The notes below the pieces were generated by a model, which was given only the letters and a program-made list of their open reading frames with translations, ran no database searches and was not told the DNA's origin. Made by a program: the position numbers and the translations under genes. DNA of 64,000 bases from Albugo candida (Eukaryota): assembly GCA_040437565.1 (NCBI GenBank), contig JBDOQK010000030.1:1-64000 (forward strand), read 5' to 3'. Below, one piece after another: positions 13,431-26,927 of this stretch (position 1 is the stretch's first letter; each line of letters begins with the position of its first letter).

Positions 13431-14299
13431 TTCATGTAAGAGTCTTGCCTATAATTTGTGGAAAAATCATGTAGATTTTAATGGCTTCAACATGCGATAC
13501 ATCTTGGCATTTGCTAAATGTGCACTTGTGGTGGATTCACGTACAGTCTTGTGAGGTGCGCGCCATTTTACCCTCCATGCACTGTTCATGTAAGATAATC
13601 AAACAGATTGACAAGAATCGTCCAGAAAACTTGATGTTTAATCTTCTGAAAGAAAGCACGTATCAGGATATCGATAACGACATGTCTGAAATGGAATCAG
13701 AGTTACTATAGAGATCAAAATCTTATACTAGCTTTTGAATGCAGTTCCGTAAGTTTGGATGACATGCGACAGATAACACCGACTATCGTCAAGAATCTTA
13801 CGAAGGATATTCATCCTAATGGCTGGAGCCAATTTGATGTTTGATCATGGTTTTTATTTTTATAATTTGAAACGTTGAGAATGTGGTAGAGGGACTGAGC
13901 GCATCAAAGGCAGTTTGTGGTTATTGTTAGAACGAATATCTGGTATGTGGAGCCATGTAGCGACGTATCAGACTTCCAAGAACGACTATAGACTTGCTTC
14001 TCTGCCATAAAAAGAGCTCTTTGTAACTACAAAAAAATTCATACATTTGGTTGATAAATGAATCCTTTCTATCACAAAAATCAAAATAGTGAGTAAAAGA
14101 ATGTCTATTAGTATCGTCTTCTTGACATGTATTGCTGCTGCCACAATCCATCGAGTAATTCGCTTATTTGGGAGACATGTGTTGTTGATTGTATGTTTAA
14201 AGGGGCTCTGTTGCAGACCCGTAAACATAGATGTGTAGGGTATCAACTTTAAATGCTTCATGATCATCAATGATCTCAAGTAGATGTACTTCCATGTTC

Positions 14300-14660
14300 A
14301 ACATGCTTCATAAAAATTATAACATTCGTCTGCGTCTTTGACAAGATGACTGTTGATGGGACTTCCGTGATAGAATGGTGATCTAAACATAAAATGGCTA
14401 CTTCTCCTGGCTATAGAAGTCAAGATGGTCAAAATGACGCAATAATCAAACTTGGACAGGAACTGTATGCAAGAGATGTAGTGATCGACATTTGTGTACA
14501 CGTTTTCAAATTCATTATCTTGGAAAAAGCATATTTAGAGCCTACTTTTGGCAGTGGGATGCCGGTGCGTCAAGGTCTTGATTGGTTGAACACATTTGTA
14601 TAATATCATGCAGTAATGTCTACATTAAAACTCAAGCATCATAAGCTATTTTATCAACAT
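14300..14660 (-). pseudogene. Fragment of an unidentified multicopy gene family, paralog of 9580-9900
   Basis: Peptide and DNA similarity to 9580-9900, as described for that feature. Confidence 0.4.
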
Positions 14661-17461
14661 GAATGCCCTTTCGTGTTGTAATTATCAAAGCGTCCGAACG
14701 CTACCAAAGAATAATCTCAGCGTAGAACAGGTCGTTACAGCAGTAAAATCTTCTTCTGCAAGATTGATGAAATGGATGGTACCGTTCCGTTGAAGTCCTG
14801 TACAAGCAAAACTAGATTGATTCACGTCTACAGGCACCTAGGCTACAATAAAAAAAACATTAAAAGAAGATTACTTTGATATTTGTGACAGTTGACATTA
14901 TTTTTTACGTTACAGTCCATCAATTCGATTACTGCTCTTGCGTCACCCATGAAAACGTGAGACTATAAACAAGTTTAAAGTATAGTCTTTCGCAAATATT
15001 GCCAAACTGATCAAGTATTTCTATATTCTTCGAAATAGTCGGTTCTGGCTGATTCAGATCCGTCCAAATACTTGTCCGCGTCCTCTAAATTCAATATGGT
15101 TAAATTAAAAAATAGAGAACAAGGTATGGTGCAATTAGGCCAGCACAAAGACTTTCGCTCTCTTTGAGCTTCATACGTAATCGAGCTGAGTAGACCTGAA
15201 CAATTTCGAGTCTTTTTTTGAACTCAATGCGTTGTTTTACAAAGCAATATCGAAGCGCTCGCACAAAAGACTTGCAATAGCTTTCCCATTCCAGATTTAG
15301 TATTTGCATAGGCTCGAGCGTCACTGATATAATTAATGCTGATAAAGAAATAATCTGCTCCACAGTGTGGTGTAATGGATGCGTGAAATTTCCACTGATT
15401 TCCAGCCACCTATAGCCCACAATCTCGGTCACAGTTGAGCGATGCGAGAAATGATCTGGACTTCCTGTCTCCGGAATGAACTTGAGTGGAGTTAGTGGAA
15501 GTTTTAATTGTTACCATATTGATCAAACGATACGACCTAGGAGTCTCCTATTGAACCCATACACCGACCGCAAGATTCCTGCATCCACAATACTTTGCTT
15601 AGGGTCGATGTCATGGTGACAAATTATTCGGTAGCTATGTATATCGCACGCGTCGACAAGAATCAACCAAAGGCAAAAATGATTTAGGAATCGTTCATGT
15701 GCTGAACGTAATGTAATGATGGAAGCTTATAATCTTGATTCTACCTGGCATTTTTTTACCAAAACTTCACATTGCTGGAGACTCGATCCAAAGAATTGCC
15801 GTGACTGACCTATGTACGATGTTCAGCTACTACAGCTCTAGAAGACTGAGTCAAAAAACATGTCGGATTTCTTGGGCACTACTTTTACATTACTTGTAGC
15901 TATTCTCATTCTCATCGTTCAAGTTTCTCGCATTTTTCTGGCAGCAAAGTTTCCCATGTTTTTTCTAGAAACAGTATCGCTTACGATTTGATTTCTTTGA
16001 CAAGTAGCGCATGACGAATGCTTGTCAAACCATTCTCTACGTCCTCTTCGGTTGATTAAAGTTGGACAGAAAATATTACTTTTTGTACAGAGGATTTCAT
16101 GCATTTTCTAAACGAAAATCTCCAGTCTTTAAGCGTCATATTCAAGCGATCTAGAAACCTGCAAATTTAGTGGGCCGATTATGCGCTGTTTTGGTCGTGT
16201 AATACTTTTTATCTGGATTTTGCATTTTACAAACGTTCACCACACGCTATTATAGAATTCATTCAAATATGATACTGGAGTAGACTGCTGTCAAATGCAA
16301 TGCGTTGGCAGTTGGATCCGGTGGTGTGTTAGATTCACCAGATAAGAGACCTTTCGAGGCCGATCCGTACTTGTTATAGAAAATTTGATGGGAAAAGAAC
16401 ACCTTTCTCTCGGCCTTCACAGGTGCGGGCCCACTGCACACTGCGAAAATACAATGTACATCGGTAATGTGACGAACACGAAAACCACACTAGATTTTAA
16501 GAAAAAAAATTCAATGAGCTTCCTATTTGCTGTATGATCAGAATGTTGGAATAAAGAATTGTCGTCACACCACCACCAAGATTTGACTTGGACGCAAAAA
16601 AGAAATGCTGGCTTTATGGACAGAAACTTGAGTTGCGTGTTGGAAGGTGAGAGAAAGTGAAACGATCCCAGTCGATTGAAGTATAATGTTCGGATAAAAG
16701 GTGGGCGATGGTATGATGGCGTTGTTGTGAAATTTCATTTTCGTTCAATGTGAGTGCTGCCGCGGTGATTAAACCGAGGATATCTTAGCATCCGCGCTGA
16801 CGCTAGCCAGATATCATCTCTTTTCACCCATCTTGAATTGAGCGCTGTGTAGTTGACATGTTTTTGGGTTGCTACATGTAGTTAAGAATATTTTTTCAAT
16901 AACATCGAAAGGGCTCCCCACCATTTGGCTCGAAACCAATTCGATCAGCGCTTACGCTGATCTCCGTGTGTTACAATGATAGTAGCCATTGGTGTGCAAT
17001 AAACGGCGTTACTAACCTGAATTCTAAATCAGCGGAAATCAGTGATAAAATAGATCTAGCAATCATTATAGTAAAGAGTGGAAAAAGAACACATAAGAAG
17101 TCGCTGCATCAGGCAATGGTTGGTTTGCTTGATTTCAAACGAGTGCGATCACAGCACTGAATTTCACCAAAACATTGCATTATTACCCATTGAATCACGT
17201 TTACAACGAGCTATTTCAACAATGTGGCGACTCCATCGCGTAGAATGTAGCGTTCGCACCAAACCTGTAAGCATCGAATACTAGAGGAATCAGAAGTCGA
17301 TGATCCAATACTTCGAAACACACCATTTTTGGTAATGGTATGATTTTCCTTGACTTCATCGCTGCCAACCTGGTGCAAAGAAATTTATGTTGGATGATGG
17401 TGCAAAAGAATGATTCGCTTTGTATAACTATAATGGTTTCCAATCTTGAGACCGTAATAAC

Positions 17462-17642
17462 TGTAACAACCTCCATTGCACATGCATACATAATTCTACA
17501 TAGTTGAAGAACTGGATTAGCCAATCAGATAGGTGAACCAGGATTCCTTGATCAAAATCTCACTTTTCATTTTTTACCAAATACAGCTCCGCCAGCAAGT
17601 ATCTTTCTTTGCTTCTTCTCACTTCCTCCTGCCGGCGTTATA
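17462..17642 (+). repeat. 5' LTR of the chromovirus, followed by PBS TGGTAGCAC (~17645, tRNA-Met-like)
   Basis: TGTAAC...GTTATA (terminal CA changed to TA); direct repeat of 22405-22576. Confidence 0.92.
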
Positions 17643-20600
17643 ACTGGTAGCACTTGTTGGTCACATAACTCAAAGGTCGTTGGTCGTCCGGACGGGGTTT
17701 TTCTTTCGCGCTGTTTAGCGTCACGAGATTGGGAAAGCCGCTCGCCAAGTGTTTGTCGTTTGTTCCGGCTCTATTTGTTTGGACTTTCTTTTTGTTGTTT
17801 TGGTTATCATTACGTCATGGAACCCCCAAGGATGGTACCCGACGCCATCACGAAAATATTGATCGTATTGGTCGAAAAACAGCAGCAATTGCTTGAAGCT
17901 ATGACCAATCGTGAAATAAATGTTGAAGGGATCATCTTACCTCAATTCCGTGGTAAAATGGGCGAGTCCGTAGATCTGTACTTTGAGCAACTGGCTCAGT
18001 ACTTCGAAGCAAAGAGTATCGACTGGCGCGATGTCAGTCATAGCGCTCGTAATTTGGCAATCACGACCGCCGATCTCAAACGGAATGCCGCAGCTTGGCA
18101 CAAGTTGAACAAGCCATGTGTCAAAGACATGCAAGACCTCATCGTTCAAGTAAATGAAGAATTTGTACGCCCAAATCTGCAAGAAACGCTTGCGTGATTA
18201 ATCGTAAACAGAAAAGTTGTCCAAACCTAAAAGTTTATATCTCACGTTTCCGCGAAGCTATCATGCAAATTACGGAAATGAGCGAGTTGGATAAAATCAC
18301 CTACTTTAGCGAGGACTAGTAAGTCCCACATGGGAAGAAGTGCAATACCGCCGGTGTGCCACAGTTTTACAAGCCATGAAGATTGCGTTGGAGTATGATC
18401 GATCTTACCGTGGTCCGTGGGAAGAACTACCGTCCACCGATATACTCGCAAGACCGATCACGTGCAACTCTCAATCAACATTATCACCATCAACAACCTG
18501 CATCCTCGCGCGTGCAAGAAAATGACCCGGAACCAATGTAGATTGACTCAGAGTTTACCAAACATCGTCGCTCCTCATCATCATCAGCTTCTTCGTCGAA
18601 GAAATGTCGCTACTGTAAGAAGCCCGGTCACGTCATCGAACACTGTTACAAGCTGGCGAATAAGGAGAAGCAAGCTCATAACGCTCGACATGAACACGTC
18701 TCCAAGAGCGACTTACTCGTTACCTTCTATTACAAGTTCCGGAAACGAAGTGGAAATTGTCGAAATGGAAGAGATTTCGACGTCGACTCGGTGCTTCCAG
18801 AGAATAAACTTATTCGTAAAAAAGGAACTTGTGATGGAACACCTGTCACTATTATGTTTGATAGCGGTGCAACCTGTAATGTTGTTCGTCCCGGCTTGGT
18901 GAAGAAACTGACACAATCTGGTGTCTCCCAAGTTACACGATTCTATAAAACTTTCACTAGAGCCCGTTCCATCAAAAAGGGTGCTGCGACTATCGTATTT
19001 GATCGATACAGATTTCGCAATTTACAAGTCATGGAATGGCCATTGGGTTCTGCTCATGATGTTATCTTGGGAAACCCATGGTTCACCAACATTCAACCTC
19101 AGCTTGATTGGTGTTCTCATGAAATTTCATTTCCACATCAGTGCGTGCCTTCGACATGCGATAACAGGGATAAAAGCAATGATCGATATGGAAATTGCTG
19201 CAGTTGACTTCAAACGCAAAGTCAAGAAGCATCAGTACGACGAAGTGTATCGCGTAAAGATATGCGCTGTTATGACGGAGAGTGATATAATACCTCAATC
19301 AATTACTACTCTTTTGAACGAGTTCAAAGATGTCTTTCCAGAGACACTTCCGGAAGGACTTCCACCTTCACGTCGTGTGGGCTCTGATCTTATTATAAAA
19401 CCGGATGCTGTATCTAGCAACCGTGCACCGTTTTGCCTATCTAAGGTCGAACAAGATGCACTTGACATGTTTGTAGCGGAAAATCTCAAGAAAGCATGGA
19501 TCGAGACTTCTAACTCTCCATGGGTATCAAATACATTCGGTGTACCTAAGAAGGACCCCATTACTGGTCAAAACATATCACGATCCGAGTGGGTACGCTC
19601 GGACAACGCACATCTACCTCTTCGATAGGTCATTGATTACCGTCACGTCAATTCGCAGACGATCACTCCGAAGATACCACCTCCTCGCATCGACGAACTC
19701 TTTGATCAGATGTGTGGTTGTGTCATCTTTTCAGTTCTAGATCTGGTTCAAGGCTATCATCAAATGCGGATCGCATTCAAAAGCCGCAAGTATACCGCCT
19801 TTCGCACACATGCTGAAACCTATCAGTGGTGCGTGGATTCTATGGGATTAGCTGGTATGCCTGGTGTTTGGTCTCGTCTCATGCGAGTACTTTTTGAGAA
19901 AAACAACTTCATTGTTGTCTATCTAGATGACATTTGTGTTTTCTCCACTAGTCTGGACGAAGACGTTGGACATCTTCGCATTCTGTTTGGAGTTCTTCGG
20001 CGGGAGAAATTATTCTGGAATCAGTCCAAATGTCATTTTGGCCAGTAAGAAGTGAAGTTTCTAGGTCATACAATTTCGGCTAAGAGACTTACAGTGGATA
20101 CTCGGAAGACAGAAGCTATGGCGAAGTTGCCGACTCCAACAAATCAGAAACAACTATTAAGTTTCTTGGGTTTGGCTGGTTACTATCGTCGTTTCATTTG
20201 TGACTACGCAACTCTTGCGTTACCACTTGGCCCTCCAGTCAAGAAAGAACATGTTTGGGAATGGAAGGATGGCCAGATTCATGCTTTTGCGCAACGCAAG
20301 TCAGCTCTTCAAGACGTACCTGTGTTGAAATTACCAGATCATGCCAAACGATCCATCGTGACAACGGACGCCTCTGGCTATTGTGTTGGTGGTGTTCTTT
20401 CTCAACTTCATTCTTGTTGCTACCATCCCATTGCATTCTTTTCCATGGAGCTGGGGATTCATGAGCTTAATTGGCCAGCACATGAAAAGGAACTAACTTT
20501 ATGTAATCAAGCTTGCGTTGGAAAAGCGGCGTCATTATATTTATGGTCGCGAATTTGACATACACACGGACAACACTGCATGCAAACGGTTTTTGCATCA

Positions 20601-22214
20601 TCCAAAAAGTTCGCCAAAGCTGGCTCGATATTTGACGTTCTTTTCGCAATTTACATTCAAGCTGCATCACGTTCAAGGTCATTTGAATGTGGTAGCCGAT
20701 GCTTTATCACGTCAAGGTTCCGAATTGTCAACGGCACGGGATGCTATCAGCGACTTTGATGTTGGTGATTTAACGCTTACTAATGGCGATATAAATGGAA
20801 AGTCCAGTACGTTGCGTTCTATAAGCGCTACCGAGCCTTCTTCTGGAACTGTTGATGTGACACAAGAATCTCACAATTGGAGCTCGCTTGGTTCGTCAAA
20901 TTCGGTTTGTAAGAATTTGCGAGTGGATATCGTACTTGTCCAGATTATGCCGAACACTTCAAACGTCCAGACTCAATATATGTAAAACACGAAGGTTTGC
21001 TTTACTTCAAGTCACAAATGATGAATGCGTGTGTGTGTACCAAGCACACAAGATAATTATCGTCGAACTTCTATCAGCTCATGCTTTCATGACTCCAAAA
21101 TTGCCGCACATCCTGGTGCTCAACGAACATTTTTACGCATCGGTCAATGGTATCATTGGACTACATTGAATCAAGAAGTTCGAGATTACGAACAGAGTTG
21201 TGAAACATGCACTCACTGGAAACACAGAAACGCTCGCAAGAATGGAAAATGATTCCAATCCCGACTCCGGAAGAATGTTGGTCAGTTATCTCTATGGATT
21301 TCATTACGGGATTACCGAAATCGAACGGATTTGATGCTATCATGGCAGTTGTCGACAAATTGTCCAAACGGTCAAAATATCGGGCGTGCAATCGCAATGA
21401 TGATGCCCATAAGACAGCGTGTCATTTCTTTGATTGTGTCGTTCGTCATCATGTTCTACCATCGATTATTATCATCGATCGAGATTCCGAGTTTGTTTCG
21501 AAGTTTTGGTCCTCTCTTGCTAAGTTGATGGGAATTCGTCTGCATATGGCAACTTCATATCGGGCACAAGCCGACGGACAAACGGAGCGTCAAAATCTGA
21601 TTTTGGAAGACGCTCTACGCTGTATGATTTCGTATCATGGACGTGGTTGGTCCGATTATTTAGGGACAATTGAATATGCTCATTCCCTTCTCGTCAGTGT
21701 ATCAACTGGTATGTCACCTTTCGAAATTAATACTGGTGGCAAGGAACGCAATCCGTTGAATCCGCTAAGTACTCCTAGCAGCACAACTCAAATGCAACAT
21801 GGAATCGCTAAGTATGCAAAACATTTTCAAAACCGTTGTCAAGAAATCATTGATCTAGCTACGAAACATTTTCTTCAAGCTCAGGATCGTCAAAAGAAGT
21901 ACTACGACAAAAAACGCACTGAGATTACTTTTAAAATTGGAGATTTGGTCATGTTGGATACTCGTCGCATTCCTGCGAAACATGTGACACAAGACATTGA
22001 TGGAAATCGCGCCAAATTAGCTGCTCGCAAAGTTGGACCATTTCCAATTATTAAAATGGTCAAGTCGAATGTTGCGCAATCGAAGCTTCCGCGGAGTATG
22101 AGTCGATTCAATATCGACTTGTTAAGTCACTATGTGAGAAATCTATCGCGATTTTAGACTCGTCCAATTCCGAAATCATCCAGACTTATTTTTGACGAGG
22201 ACAGTGGCGACACA

Positions 22215-22409
22215 ATGCACATCATAGAACAGCTTCTTCAGAAGCGTCAATTTAATCGTAAACCTGAATGGCTCGTGAAATGGCATGGATTACTCGAGCA
22301 CGAAGCTACATGGGAGCGGGAGCAAGATATTCGTCATGTTTCTCATTCGAATGTTCTCATCGCCGATTTCAAGAAGTGCCAACGAGAAGTCAAATCCGGG
22401 AGGATGTAA
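22215..22409 (+). pseudogene. Integrase C-terminal chromodomain of the chromovirus
   Basis: IIEQLLQKRQFNRKPEWLVKWHGLLEHEATWEREQDI fits the chromo motif (LVKW.G....ATWE). Its stop codon lies inside the 3' LTR. Confidence 0.9.
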
Positions 22410-22576
22410 CAACCTCCATTGCACATGCATTCATAATTCTACATAGTGGAAGAACTGGATTAGCCAATCAGATAGTTGAACCAGGATTATTTAATTAAAA
22501 ATCTCACTTTCTCTTTTTTATCAAATAGAGCTCCGCCAGCAAATATCTTCGTTTGCTTCCTCCTGCCGGCGTTACA
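22405..22576 (+). repeat. 3' LTR of the chromovirus, preceded by a short purine tract (gggagga)
   Basis: TGTAAC...GTTACA; roughly 90% identical to the 5' LTR by eye, with a ~10-bp deletion. Confidence 0.92.
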
Positions 22577-24958
22577 ATAACTCAGTTATATCAGTTTTGT
22601 GTATCACGTTGTGCTTCGTAATGCAAACCTTCGACTCCAGCTACAAAATCTTTACGCTGACAGTCAGTATATTGAATAAAACTTTATCTTCGCATATTAT
22701 CTCCCGTCTGAAGCCATTAGACCCCACATTCTTCACTAGGCGTCCATCAAGTTTCGATATTGAAGCTGCACTCGCTGTATAGAACGCCCACTTGCCGTGA
22801 TCGACTGCCGCATCCATTTTCTATTATTATATCATATAATGAAGCCTCTTGATCGAAAGTCCACTGATTCATATAATGCTTTTCTTTATTGATTCAATCC
22901 TTACCCCATGAACAAGTTGTAACTTATGTAATGGTTTCTATACTCCTAACAGCAGATTAGTACTATTGTTGAGATGCTGACATCAATTATCGCTGCATAA
23001 GCTCACTGTTGGGACGCCAAGCAATTCCGACAATTTAACTGTCATGGAAACCTTGCAGCGCCTGGGATTATATTCGGGTATTGCTATGATGTATCTTCGA
23101 GATCAGCCTTAACGAGTATCCGACGGCTTTGGACTAATGGACTCCCATTTCAATTTCAGGAATCATACTTATTAAGATCTGCAGACAGATAGACCCACAT
23201 GCATATTCATAGCAGGTAACGTTCATTAGGATGATTCTGATCTATATCAACGTTGCGTTTGCGGAATCGCGACAATTAATCAGCTGGCACACGTATTCTT
23301 GTGCTAAAGTTTTTGTGCAATTATGCCTGCACGTGATTCTCGTCACACATACGAAACCCGCTTTGCTTACCCAGTGTATCAATTCGTGGGCGATCGAGAC
23401 TGTTGGAGGGTCAGACTGCTTGACGTACTAAGAAGTTGTTCACAGAAATTCACTCCTTTATACTCTTGCTTTTACAATAAGCCATGCTAAGCTATGAAAA
23501 GTTCCCACTATAAAATTAGGCAGAATAAAAAGTTTTCGCTATTATTCCACGTCGGCACTGCTCTCAATTTTGCTATCGCTTTTTGCCATTAGTGTCCTAG
23601 TTGTAAGAAGAAAACAGCTTTGAGGTGAATCAATGTATTGCGCTAACAATAGTGACTTTCTTTCGGATTATTTGATTTTCACATTGCACAATTTCTCGTT
23701 GAAAGATGCAGACATGCTTGTAAATTTCTTTTTCATGCAAAACAGCTTCTATTTCTCAAAGCGTATTTTACGTATCGACAGAAGAAGTGGCGTCCAATCC
23801 TATGATACGGAGAGAGATCAACATGGTTTTTGTTTCTGTCTTCTTCAGCAGCATGCAGCTCCTCTGGATCCACACTACTTGTCCACGCACCGAATATCTT
23901 TGTGAATGAATAGGTAATTCAAGAGCGCGCAGTATATGCTCATTCATAGAGCATACTTAAGATGTGGTTTTGTGGAAATGGTCAAATGTCGCATCATTAG
24001 ACGCTACTTGGCTTAAAAGGAGATGGGGCGTATGTATGGTGGGGAGGCTCGGAGAGAGAAAGCATTTGCATATATAGATAGGACTGCATCATCATCCTTT
24101 TATCGTGCACTGTTCCGCCTTTACATTTTCGTTCTGCTTCTTTCAGATCGGCGTTCGAGAGTGTGCTCACTTACAAGATACTCACTACAGAGAGGTGGTC
24201 CTTCCTTCCACATAGAAACAAGTGATCCATTGTCAGCACAATTAGAGGCTTTGGAAGCAGCTTTTTCAGACTATCCTTATATGAGCTTGTAGTTGAGCAA
24301 TCCAAGTGGACGTAATGTAACTTTTCACAACGCTATTTACCAAGTTACCTTTCTTCTAAAATTCTTGAACTTTAGTTAATAATGCATACACAGATATCTA
24401 AAACCTCACATACGATATTAATGACATAATCTGGTGAGATTGGGTAGATACGTGACGACAAAGGGCGGAGCTGATTGACCCGACAGATTCCTCACATTCT
24501 CTTAGGCTCGTGGGTTTTTTAAACAGGCATAATGCAACAGCACTAAGATGACGGTGCTTTGATTCGCTGCACGTAGCCAGCCGAATGTTTTATAGGAGAG
24601 GAGGAATCTCTCGCGTGCGTGAGGAAGTCAAAATCCTTCATCAGTGTCAAATCGCCGCAGATCAATCTCACCTGAATCAGCGGGTTCGAGCAAATATCCA
24701 ATGATCAATGGATTATTAAGGGTAAATACATCTCAAGTCTTCTACCAATAATTATTGCATCGAAATAAAATGCTACCAAGTTTATTGCAATAATAAAGAC
24801 GACGAGATGAAGAAAGATCTTGGGTTTTGCATATAATTCAGACGATAGTGGATAGGAAATCGGTTTTATCTTGAGTCTGCTAATGTATCAGGTGTAGTGA
24901 TGAACTACTATCCATCTTGTGCAATTGCAGGAGTCAGTGAGTTATCACAAAAATATTA

Positions 24959-25003
24959 GAAAAAATGGCTGAGTGGTTATAGGCGGCAGACTGTAACTCG
25001 GTA
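24959..25003 (+). pseudogene. 5'-half tRNA-Tyr(GUA)-like fragment, organellar/bacterial style (possible NUMT)
   Basis: gaaaaaatggctgagtggttataggcggcagactgtaactc: D-arm TGGCTGAGTGGTT, anticodon arm GCAGA-CT-GTA-AC. No T-arm or 3' acceptor strand follows. Confidence 0.5.
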
Positions 25004-25790
25004 GCCCAATTATTTGCATTAAATTGATACTTTACACTTTGCTGATCGTTCAGCTACAAATAGAAGTTGTAATTACAATATTACTTCATTGCAATAGTCT
25101 TCAACATCATGCTGTACGTTGTTGTATGAGACAACTATGACTACAAATTACAGCGCAGTCAATCCCTTCAACACTTTGCATCGGATGCTTGAAAAAATAT
25201 ATAGTAGGGGCGAGATCTTGTAACGAGTAAGCTTTCATTATGGATAAAAGTCGAGGACCATATTACTCGTAATCTGCATCTTCTATCCTGCCAGATATAA
25301 GTATTTACAGTAGACACCTTTCCCTTGATACTGTCGGCTTTGCGAGAAGCTAAATACTCTTTTATCCAGCCACTACGTTGTAATTCAACTGAATAGCAAC
25401 CGGGAGCTACACAGAGATAATGTTTCATCATCAACGATGTCGTCAGCCCGTGTTATATATGCTTTGTCAATTCGATTTAAAACCTCCACCAAAACGGTAC
25501 ACTGTGCGCTTCTAATCCTTGCACCATTTTGTATGATCTACTCGTGTAAAATCCGTTATCACTTGGTAAGCGTTTGCTCCTGTTTGGCTAAGCAAACGCC
25601 TTATATAAAGTAGTTATGGACAAATTCCAGTAAAGAGCAAACTATCCTATTTCCAAGCTAACAAATAATAAAAGCACAAAATCCGTACTGACTTTTGAAA
25701 TCTCAAAGCAGACACAAAAAAGTGATACTTTAAGTGCTTCAAGAGGCAAGTCTGAGCCTAATTTTGTGGTGCGATCTAAGCACACTATAA

Positions 25791-26869
25791 ATGCCGGATG
25801 CACCATCAGCTATCATTGATGTTGTGTCTGGCGTCACTGCAGGATGTGCTGGTGTTTTTGTAGGGCAACCATTTGATACGGTACGCAGTAATTCCCAGTC
25901 CTTAACATAACTCTACGATCCTATCAATCATCTTTACAGATTAAAGTTCGGTTACAAACACACGGCACGTTTTACAAGGGACCAATCGACTGCGCAAAGC
26001 AAACTGTACAATGTACACAAAAGACTTCAACTGCTCTGTTATTAATACAATTTCTCTATAGTTCAAACACGAGGGAATACACGGATTCTTTAAAGGCTTA
26101 TCATCTCCGTTGATTGGTAGTGCATGCACCAATGCAATTGTGTTTTCAATATATGAGAAAGCACTCAAGTATCTCGGAACTGATGAGAAGCATCCATCGC
26201 TGGATTCGGTGTTCATTGCAGGTAGTACTGCTCACACACCTTTGTCAATGAATAATATCGCTTACCAATGCACAGGCTGCCTTGGGGGATTCTGCCAAAC
26301 AATTGCTGTGACACCCACAGATCTTATCAAATGCAGACTACAGGTTTTATTGCAACATTGGCATTGTGCAATAGCTAAGTACGTTCTAGGTGCAAGATGG
26401 ACACCAGCGTAATCACTATCGCGGTCCTATTGATTGTATTCGTCATGTGTATCAACGGAATGGATCTCGTGGATTTTATCTAGGATTTAACGCAACCATT
26501 TTGCGTGAAACTCCATCCTTTGGATTTTACTTTTACACGTATGAAAAGACAAAGCGTGCAATGGTTTCTCATGGATTTAACGACAACACAGCGATGCTTT
26601 GCGCTGGTGGATTATCAGGAGTGGGTTCTTGGACTCTATCGTATCCACTCGATGTCGTCAAGTCTTCGATCCAGACACTTCCCATTGATGCTACAAGGAA
26701 AGAGAAACAAATGATGTACCAAGTTAAGAGTTTGTACGCAAAAGGAGGCGTTAGGATTTTCGTACGGGGTTTAGAAACAGCAGTTCTTCGTGCATTTCCG
26801 GTGAATGCAGTGACGTTTTTCTGTTACGAACAATCATCCCAGTTATTGCGAGATCTGTTAGAAAAATAA
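25791..26869 (+). CDS. Mitochondrial carrier (SLC25), carnitine/acylcarnitine-ornithine/basic amino acid-like subfamily, 5 exons
   Basis: Exons 25791-25880, 25940-26005, 26062-26221, 26276-26343, 26390-26869 with GT-AG introns. Three PxDxxKxxxQ signatures: PFDTIKVRLQ, PTDLIKCRLQ, PLDVVKSSIQ; also RAFPVNA. Confidence 0.93.
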
Positions 26870-26927
26870 TCAATTTCACATTTTTCAATTTGAACATTTG
26901 AAATTTGTACAGCAGCAAAATTGAGTC

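Larger units (their letters stand above)
17462..22576 (+). mobile_element. Full-length decayed Ty3/Gypsy chromovirus LTR retrotransposon
   Basis: Two LTRs and a 5-bp TSD ATAAC (17457-17461, 22577-22581). Gag with CRYCKKPGHVIEHC zinc knuckle (~18605), protease MFDSGAT, RT LDLVQGYHQ/VYLDD, RNase H TTDASG, integrase H-H-C-C/SMDFITGLP/ADGQTER and chromodomain, in Gypsy order. Many stops and frameshifts. Confidence 0.97.

Noticed and set aside
23030-23045. CRNCL peptide on the minus strand resembling a CCG effector motif
   Set aside because: A short motif in a broken frame with no linked signal peptide; it could arise by chance.
23980-24130. Possible degenerate Copia solo LTR (catccttttatc shared with the LTR at 57049-57286)
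   Set aside because: Only a ~12-bp match, with no defined termini or TSD.
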